From contig JBDIWC010000006.1 in the NCBI GenBank assembly GCA_039794085.1, positions 32,001 through 96,000 of the forward strand: a DNA stretch of 64,000 bases. Reading direction: 5' to 3'. Under the pieces are notes generated by a model. The model made no database searches. It was given only the letters and a program-made list of their open reading frames with translations, and was not told where the DNA came from. Source of the stretch: Gemmatimonadales bacterium. GTDB taxonomy: Bacteria > Gemmatimonadota > Gemmatimonadetes > Gemmatimonadales > GWC2-71-9. This document shows, piece by piece, positions 57,892 to 64,000 of the stretch (position 1 is its first letter; every line of letters begins with the position of its first letter). The position numbers and the translations under genes were made by a program.

Positions 57892-59399
57892 CGCTGGAAA
57901 CAAGCCGGGACTTCCTGGCCGCCATTGAAGCCGCGGGAGAGCTCGTCCGCGTCGCGGCCCCGGTCCGGACTCACTTGGAAATGGCCGAGATCGCCGACCG
58001 GGTGATGAAGAGCCCAGGCGGGGGTCCCGCGCTCCTCTTCGAGAACCCGATCCTGCCCGACGGATCGAGGAGTGACATCCCCGTCGCCATCAACCTCTAC
58101 GGCTCGATGCGCCGGATGTGCCTTTCCCTCGGCACCGACACTCTCGATGCCATCGGGGACCGCATCACCGGAATGCTCGACCTGAAAGTGCCCGAGGGGC
58201 TCTTCGGCAAGCTCTCACTCCTCCCTCGGCTCGCCGAACTCACCAAGTTCCCCCCACGTTCGAAGAGCGGGCGTCCGCCCTGCCAGGAAGTGGTCCTGGC
58301 GGGGGCGGAAATAAACCTCGACCGGATCCCCTTCCTCCAGACCTGGCCCGGCGATGGCGGACGGTACATCACCCTCCCCATGGTGATCACGACCGATCCC
58401 GCCCGGGGCATCCGCAACGTGGGGATGTACCGGGTCCAGGTGCTGGGCCGGGACTCCCTCGCCATGCATTGGCAACGTCACAAGGTGGGAGCCGCCCATT
58501 GGCGGGAGATGGCCTCCCGGGGCGGGAAGATGCCGGTGGTGATTGCTATCGGCGGGGATCCGGCCAGCGTCTACTCGGCGTCGGCCCCGCTCCCTCCCAC
58601 CATCGATGAGTTCCTCTTTGCCGGCTTTCTCCGCCGCGCCCCGGTGGCGCTCGCCCGGGCCGTCACCTGTGATCTCGATGTCCCCGCCGAGGCGGACATC
58701 GTGATCGAGGGATACATCGACCCCGCGGAACCGCTGGTGGTGGAGGGCCCCTTCGGGGACCACACCGGGTTCTACTCTCTCGCCGACGACTATCCCCGGG
58801 TGCAGGTCACCGCCGTCACCCTGCGGCGGAACCCGGTGTATCAGGCCACTCTCGTCGGTCCTCCCCCGATGGAGGACTTCTACCTGGGACACGCCACGGA
58901 ACGGATCTTCCTCCCCCTCCTGCGGCTCACCATCCCGGAAGTCGTGGACTATCACATGCCGGCCCCCGGGATCTTCCACAACCTGGTGTTCGTCTCCATC
59001 GACAAACAGTATCCCGGCCAGGCCTACAAGGTGATGAACGCACTCTGGGGACAGGGCCTCATGTCGCTCGCCAAGGTCCTGGTGGTGGTGGACCAGGAGG
59101 TGAACGTCCGCAATCCCGACGAGGCCTGGTGGATCGCGCTCAACAACATCGATCCGGAACGCGACGTACGGTTCACGATGGGCCCGGTGGACGTGCTCGA
59201 CCATGCGTCGCGGGCCTTCACCTACGGCAGCAAGATGGGCATCGACGCCACCCGCAAATGGCCGGAGGAAGGGTTCACCCGCAAGTGGCCGGATCTCGTC
59301 CGCATGGACGACGCCACGAAGCAACGGGTGGACGCGATGTGGGCCGACCTGGGAATCTCCCTTCCGGGAGCGCCCGGCGCCCACCCGGAGCGCCGATGA
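57888..59399 (+). CDS. UbiD-family decarboxylase (menaquinone biosynthesis, MqnL-like)
   Basis: GGPALLFE, NVGMYRVQ, EGPFGDHTGFY, PPMED and DVLDHAS..GSKMGIDAT. Confidence 0.92.
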   Translation: MTLETSRDFLAAIEAAGELVRVAAPVRTHLEMAEIADRVMKSPGGGPALLFENPILPDGSRSDIPVAINLYGSMRRMCLSLGTDTLDAIGDRITGMLDLKVPEGLFGKLSLLPRLAELTKFPPRSKSGRPPCQEVVLAGAEINLDRIPFLQTWPGDGGRYITLPMVITTDPARGIRNVGMYRVQVLGRDSLAMHWQRHKVGAAHWREMASRGGKMPVVIAIGGDPASVYSASAPLPPTIDEFLFAGFLRRAPVALARAVTCDLDVPAEADIVIEGYIDPAEPLVVEGPFGDHTGFYSLADDYPRVQVTAVTLRRNPVYQATLVGPPPMEDFYLGHATERIFLPLLRLTIPEVVDYHMPAPGIFHNLVFVSIDKQYPGQAYKVMNALWGQGLMSLAKVLVVVDQEVNVRNPDEAWWIALNNIDPERDVRFTMGPVDVLDHASRAFTYGSKMGIDATRKWPEEGFTRKWPDLVRMDDATKQRVDAMWADLGISLPGAPGAHPERR

Positions 59400-60298
59400 C
59401 CGCCACCCCCCGGGAGGGCCAGACCCTGGCGGGCCGGTCCCTGGCGGTCCGGTACGCCAACTTCGTCAAGCTCCCTCACACTCTCTTCGCCCTCCCCTTC
59501 GCCCTCCTCGGCGTCCTCGCCGCGGCCCCGCTCGCCCCGTTGACGCCCGCCACGGTCGGCTACGTGGTGCTCGCCTTCACCGCGGCCCGCTGGGTGGCGA
59601 TGGGCGTGAACCGGATCGTGGACCGGGAGTACGACGCCCGCAACCCGCGCACGGCGGCCCGGGAACTCCCGCGCGGCGCGCTGACCATGACCCAGGCGTG
59701 GGGCTCGGTCCTGGCGGCGGGGGGGATCTTCATCTGGACCTCCTCGCGACTCAACCCGGTCTGCTTCGTCCTCTCCCCGGTGGCGCTCGCCTGGACATGC
59801 GCCTATTCGTTCGCCAAGCGCTTCACCTGGTGGCCGCACCTCTGGCTCGGCATGAGTCTCGCCATCGCCCCCGTCGGCGGGTACATCGCGGTGGCGGGAG
59901 CCTGGAGCGAGCCCTGGTGGGTGCTCGTGGCCGTCACCGTCGGGGTGGCCACCTGGGTGGCGGGGTTTGACATCTTCTACGCCCTCCCCGATGCCGCCTT
60001 CGACCGCGCCGAAGGTCTCCACAGCGCCGTGGTCCGCTTCGGGGAAACCCGCAGCATCCTCCTGGCCAAGATCCTCCATGGAATCACGGTTCCCGCGCTC
60101 CTCCTCTTTGGCTGGGGCGCCGGATTCGGAACGGTGTATGTTGTGGGGGTCGGGATCGCGGCGCTGCTCCTCGTCTACGAGCACCAGCTCGTGCACCCGG
60201 GGGACCTCTCGCGGCTCGATGCGGCGTTCTTCACCATGAACGGGGTGATTTCGGTGACGGTGTTCACCTTTGCACTCGGCGATCGGCTGTTCGGATGA
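59396..60298 (+). CDS. UbiA-like prenyltransferase (MqnP-like)
   Basis: VKLPHTLFALPF, NRIVDREYDARNPRT..RELP, YSFAKRF and WVAGFDIFYA. Confidence 0.92.
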   Translation: MTATPREGQTLAGRSLAVRYANFVKLPHTLFALPFALLGVLAAAPLAPLTPATVGYVVLAFTAARWVAMGVNRIVDREYDARNPRTAARELPRGALTMTQAWGSVLAAGGIFIWTSSRLNPVCFVLSPVALAWTCAYSFAKRFTWWPHLWLGMSLAIAPVGGYIAVAGAWSEPWWVLVAVTVGVATWVAGFDIFYALPDAAFDRAEGLHSAVVRFGETRSILLAKILHGITVPALLLFGWGAGFGTVYVVGVGIAALLLVYEHQLVHPGDLSRLDAAFFTMNGVISVTVFTFALGDRLFG

Positions 60299-60441
60299 AG
60301 AAGCCACCCATGCCCGAACCACGGCCGGAGAAGCCCGGTAGGGCACCGACCCCTCAAGGGCCCGTCCGCCAACCGGTGCGACCCCCGGCACCACCGAAGC
60401 ATCCGGTCCGGGTCCCCACTCCGAACCGCAGGGGCCGATGA
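60295..60441 (+). CDS. Putative 48-aa Pro/Arg-rich small protein
   Basis: MKKPPMPEPRPEKPGRAPTPQGPVRQPVRPPAPPKHPVRVPTPNRRGR*, with ATGA overlaps to both the upstream prenyltransferase stop and the ubiX start. Confidence 0.55.
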   Translation: MKKPPMPEPRPEKPGRAPTPQGPVRQPVRPPAPPKHPVRVPTPNRRGR

Positions 60442-61031
60442 CTCCCCATCCAATCGTCCTCGGGATCACCGGGGCATCGGGGGCCCCCTATGCCGTCCGG
60501 CTCCTCGATATCCTCGCGCGCCACCGGGTGCCGGTCTGGCTGACGGTGACGAGCCACGGGTGGCGGCTCCTCGCCGAGGAGTGTGATCTCACGGACCTCG
60601 CCTCGCTGCGGGGAGCGACCGGAGGCGACTGGAGCACCGTCACCCACTTTGCCGATGGGGATCGCGGCGCCATGCCCGCCTCCGGATCCCAGCGCACCGG
60701 CGGGATGGTCATCTGCCCCTGCTCCATGGGCACCGTGTCGGCCATCGCCCAGGGATCGAGCCGGTCCCTCGTGGAACGCACCGCCGACGTGACCCTCAAG
60801 GAGGGACGCCGACTGATCGTGGTCCCGCGGGAAACACCGATGTCGGCGATTCACCTCCGCAACCTCGCCACGCTCGCCGAGCTGGGTGTGACCGTGCTCC
60901 CCGCCGCTCCGGGATTCTACCACCGGCCTGCCGCACTCGCGGATCTGGTGGACTTCATCGTGCAACGCATCCTCGACCACCTCGACCTCGACATCGAGAT
61001 CAGCCCCCGCTGGACCGGGGAGACGGCCTAA
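60438..61031 (+). CDS. ubiX: Flavin prenyltransferase UbiX
   Basis: GITGASG, ASGS, PCSMGT, KEGR, RETP and PGFYHRP. Confidence 0.95.
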   Translation: MTPHPIVLGITGASGAPYAVRLLDILARHRVPVWLTVTSHGWRLLAEECDLTDLASLRGATGGDWSTVTHFADGDRGAMPASGSQRTGGMVICPCSMGTVSAIAQGSSRSLVERTADVTLKEGRRLIVVPRETPMSAIHLRNLATLAELGVTVLPAAPGFYHRPAALADLVDFIVQRILDHLDLDIEISPRWTGETA

Positions 61032-61035
61032 CCCC

Positions 61036-61512
61036 GTGCGGCTCGGCGTCCTCTCCGACACCCACGGGATCCTCCCGAACGAGGTGCTCGACCTCTTTGC
61101 CGAGGTGGACCTGATCCTTCACGCCGGAGACGTCGGCGATCCCGCCATCCTCACGACACTCCAGACCATTGCTCCGGTCCACGCGGTCTGGGGAAATTGC
61201 GATGGGTTCGACGTGCGACGCGTCACCACCGAGCGGGTCGAGGTCCGGATCGACGGGTTCGATCTGCTCGTCCTCCACGGGCACCAGTACGGACGCCCCG
61301 ACCCGGAGAGCCTGGCGCTGGCCAACCCCGGGGCGGAAATCATCGTGTTCGGCCACACCCACCGTCCGGTGCTGACCCTGGTGGATCAGGTGGTGACCGT
61401 CATGAATCCCGGCTCCGCCGGCGACCCGCGACACGGACTCCCCCCCTCGGCGGGGATCTTGGAACTGGAGCCGGGCATCCCGCCCCGCGGGCGCCTGGTA
61501 GCGCTACAATGA
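61036..61512 (+). CDS. YfcE/MJ0936-type metallophosphoesterase
   Basis: SDTHG, HAGD, GNCD, HGH, GHTH and NPGS. Confidence 0.93.
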   Translation: MRLGVLSDTHGILPNEVLDLFAEVDLILHAGDVGDPAILTTLQTIAPVHAVWGNCDGFDVRRVTTERVEVRIDGFDLLVLHGHQYGRPDPESLALANPGAEIIVFGHTHRPVLTLVDQVVTVMNPGSAGDPRHGLPPSAGILELEPGIPPRGRLVALQ

Positions 61513-61523
61513 CGAATTGATCA

Positions 61524-61662
61524 AGGCTCACGCGAAGACGCGAAGCCCCGTCCCACCACTTACCGCAGGAGCCGGGTGCCACCTCAGCCACATCGGGGGC
61601 TCCTGAGGGCTCCCACTGCAGGGCATCTCTTCTTCGCGCCCTTCGCGTCTTCGCGTGAGCCT
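61524..61662. repeat. Perfect 22-bp inverted repeat between convergent genes
   Basis: AGGCTCACGCGAAGACGCGAAG (61524-61545) and its exact reverse complement (61641-61662). Confidence 0.85.
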
Positions 61663-61723
61663 CCCTTGTCGGCCGTTGGATGTTGACAGGATTGCGGCAG
61701 ATGCCCGAATGCCGTCGCCATCG

Positions 61724-63169
61724 TTACTGTCCCCGCAATCGCCCCCGCATGGTCCAGATCAGGATCAGCCCGCACCCGCTCTCGGTCCGGTACTGCAGCG
61801 GCGCCCCCGAGGCCGAGCCCGGATAGGTCTCGATACCGTAGATCTCATCGGGACCCACCGGGAGACCATTCCCCATCTGGGGATCCACCGTCACCTTGGT
61901 TCCGTCCACGTAGAAATCGGGCTGGCAGTACCCCGACGCCTGGGCCGCCCGCGAGGACACCACGGCGAAATCCATTCCGGACGACACCACGGTGAACCCC
62001 GGCACCACCCGGAACAGTTCCTCGGCCCGGATCGGGGAGCGCCGCTCAATCTCCTCCCGGGTGATGAAGTGCCCCCGGCCCTGGCTCCGGCGCTCCTCGA
62101 ATTCATTGCGGAAGGCCCGCTCCTCGACCACGATCTCCGGCAGTTCCAGCACCTTGCCTGCCAGCTGGATGTCGAGTTCCGTCTGCTCGTCCGGGTGCAG
62201 CTCGACCATGTCGCGGCGACGGGAAAACCCGATGGCCCGGGATTCCACCGAGTAGGTGCCGGCGGGGAGCCCCTCAATTTGAAACCGGCCCGCGGCGTTG
62301 GTGCGCACCCCGTGAGGGAGCCCCAGGACCAGCACCTGGGCTTCGGGAACCGGAGAACCATCGGGCCCCCGGACCGTGCCGCGCAGAACGGCGCTTCCGG
62401 TGGCGCTGTCGCCCGCGATCGCGCCGGGAGCATCCAGGTCGAGCGCCAGCCCCCGAAACGCCACCGAGCGACCCGCCAGGTCGAGCTCCAGGGGGGGACC
62501 CACAACCCCGTCCGCCTGGGCGCGCAGGAGAACCGGAGTGTCGTTCGGCACGCCGCAGATCTGGTACCGGCCCGCCGAATCGGCCGTGGCTGCCGCAGCG
62601 CGGGTTCCGCTCGTCACACCCAGAGCTGTGGACACCCGCGTCTCCCTCCACTCCACCCGAACTTCACCACCGATGATGGGGGCACCGGTGCGGACATTGG
62701 CCAGCCGGCCGAAGACGACGCCGGTCTGGGCCGCCTGGGGTCCGCGACAGAGCGCACCGTGAACCGCCACACCCGACACCGTGCTGAGAAAGATCGGATA
62801 GACCCCTCCCGGTTCCACCCGCAGCGACATCTCAGGCGGCGTGTACCCGAGTTGATCCAGAGCGGGGTGGGAAAAGGAGACCGTGTAGGCTCCGGGCGCG
62901 AGGCTGTCGAACACGAAACGTCCTCGGCCATCGGTGATCAGCGTCCGGGCCGCCGGCCCGCTCACCGTGACGCGCGCGTTCGGGAGAACAGCTCCGGTGA
63001 GAAGACTGTCCCACACGTAGCCGCGTACAATGGCGGTCGGAGGGGAAGCTTGCTGGGCCTGCACGGGCACGGCGGCACCGAGGGCAAGGCTCGCGAGGAT
63101 CGATGACAGAGGGAAACGGAGCACGGCAGGACCATCTCGGCGACATGACATCAGGAACAATAGCGGCAT
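61724..63169 (-). CDS. Exported protein with three carboxypeptidase-regulatory-like domains and a TonB-plug-like domain, no barrel
   Basis: Signal peptide, repeats TDGRGRF, ADSAGRY and TNAAGRF, then FITREEIE..YVDG..IYGIETY..GLILIWT. Start uncertain (63169, 63151 or 63124). Confidence 0.75.
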   Translation of the reverse strand: MPLLFLMSCRRDGPAVLRFPLSSILASLALGAAVPVQAQQASPPTAIVRGYVWDSLLTGAVLPNARVTVSGPAARTLITDGRGRFVFDSLAPGAYTVSFSHPALDQLGYTPPEMSLRVEPGGVYPIFLSTVSGVAVHGALCRGPQAAQTGVVFGRLANVRTGAPIIGGEVRVEWRETRVSTALGVTSGTRAAAATADSAGRYQICGVPNDTPVLLRAQADGVVGPPLELDLAGRSVAFRGLALDLDAPGAIAGDSATGSAVLRGTVRGPDGSPVPEAQVLVLGLPHGVRTNAAGRFQIEGLPAGTYSVESRAIGFSRRRDMVELHPDEQTELDIQLAGKVLELPEIVVEERAFRNEFEERRSQGRGHFITREEIERRSPIRAEELFRVVPGFTVVSSGMDFAVVSSRAAQASGYCQPDFYVDGTKVTVDPQMGNGLPVGPDEIYGIETYPGSASGAPLQYRTESGCGLILIWTMRGRLRGQ

Positions 63170-63269
63170 CCTCCGGGAAGCAACACCGGCCCCCCATCAT
63201 GCCTCCCGCTCCACCTTGCCCTCCCTGGATCATTCCCCGATACTCCGGGACCCCCTTCTGGAGCGCGGT

Positions 63270-64000
63270 ATGACGTCCCGTCGTCACTTCGTGGCCTCCG
63301 CCGCAGGGCTCGCCGCCCTGCCGCTGTTCCGTTCCGACGCCCTGGCCCGCGCCTGGACTCTGCACCGGGACACGCGGTTCGTCCCCCCCGGCCCCCTCGC
63401 CGACGATGAGGCGTACTGGGGCGAGATCCAGCGGGCCTTCGACACCGACCGCACCATGGTGAACCTCAACAACGGAGGGGTCTGTCCCACCCCGAGCCAC
63501 GTGATCGAGGCCATGATCCGCGACCTTCGGTTCACCAACGAACTCCCGGTGGAGCACATGTGGCGGGTCCTGGAACCCCGGGTGGAAAGTGTCCGGCGGG
63601 ATCTCGCGGCCGACTTCGGCTGCGACCCCGAGGAGATGGCGATCACGCGCAACGCCTCCGAGTCGCTGGAGACGATGATTCTCGGTGTGGATCTTCGACG
63701 GGGCGACGAGGTGATCGTCACCGACCAGAACTATCCGCGGATGCTCACCAGCTGGGATCAACGGGTCCGGCGGGAGGGGATCGTCCTGCGGACCATACGC
63801 TTCGAGGTGCCTCCGCCAACTCCGACCCATGTCGTGGATCAGATCGCGGCGGCAATCACACCCCGCACCCGGGTGATCGAGATCCCCCACATCACCAATC
63901 TGACCGGGCAGATTCTTCCCATCCGGGAGATCGTGGCCCTGGCCCGCAGACATGATATCCGGGTCTTCGTGGATGGGGCCCACGCCTATGCCCATTTCCC
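63270..64000 (+). CDS. Class V aminotransferase (isopenicillin N epimerase-like) with Tat signal, 3' end runs off the window
   Basis: Manual translation gives MTSRRHFVASAAGL..DEAYW..NLNNGGVCPTP..ITRNASE..HITNLTG..VDGAHA. Confidence 0.88.
   Translation, partial: MTSRRHFVASAAGLAALPLFRSDALARAWTLHRDTRFVPPGPLADDEAYWGEIQRAFDTDRTMVNLNNGGVCPTPSHVIEAMIRDLRFTNELPVEHMWRVLEPRVESVRRDLAADFGCDPEEMAITRNASESLETMILGVDLRRGDEVIVTDQNYPRMLTSWDQRVRREGIVLRTIRFEVPPPTPTHVVDQIAAAITPRTRVIEIPHITNLTGQILPIREIVALARRHDIRVFVDGAHAYAHF

Noticed and set aside
60338..60370. GTAGGGCACCGACCCC as another GTAG REP
   Set aside because: It has no convincing palindrome and is better explained as coding sequence of the 48-aa ORF.
57888..61031. 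UbiD/UbiX as a phenol carboxylation route linked to tpl
   Set aside because: Context with menG and an MqnP-like prenyltransferase fits futalosine-pathway menaquinone synthesis, and tpl is 50 kb away.

Overview
High-GC bacterial chromosomal segment; gene content and protein style suggest Gemmatimonadota (inference). Most of it is housekeeping: dnaK, a DegP/HtrA protease, tRNA-Leu(TAG), tig-clpP-clpX-engB, hisC-hisB-hisH-(Nudix)-hisF, glmM-glmS-dtd-maf, a cystathionine gamma-lyase/synthase, purD, mutM, a short UvrC-like nuclease, an ECF sigma/anti-sigma operon and late futalosine-pathway menaquinone genes (menG/ubiE, UbiD, UbiA, ubiX). Accessory genes include two Uma2 nucleases, tyrosine phenol-lyase, a TonB receptor with a beta-helix lipoprotein, and several signalling proteins. 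Mobile or repeat DNA comprises a REP-flanked RAYT transposase, a 244-bp IS200-derived mini-element with intact end signals, nested intergenic inverted repeats and a heptamer tandem array. I found no CRISPR array, prophage or rRNA. The best candidates for undescribed biology are: (i) a coupled MscS / 1073-aa P-loop-wHTH protein / MscS / methyltransferase operon; (ii) a hidden 48-aa Pro/Arg-rich ORF coupled by ATGA overlaps on both sides inside the menaquinone operon; (iii) a Nudix hydrolase in the usual hisA slot; (iv) a PilB/GspE ATPase fused to a receiver domain; (v) two matching SigW-type promoters suggesting a local ECF regulon. All calls come from motif reading by eye; no database search was run.
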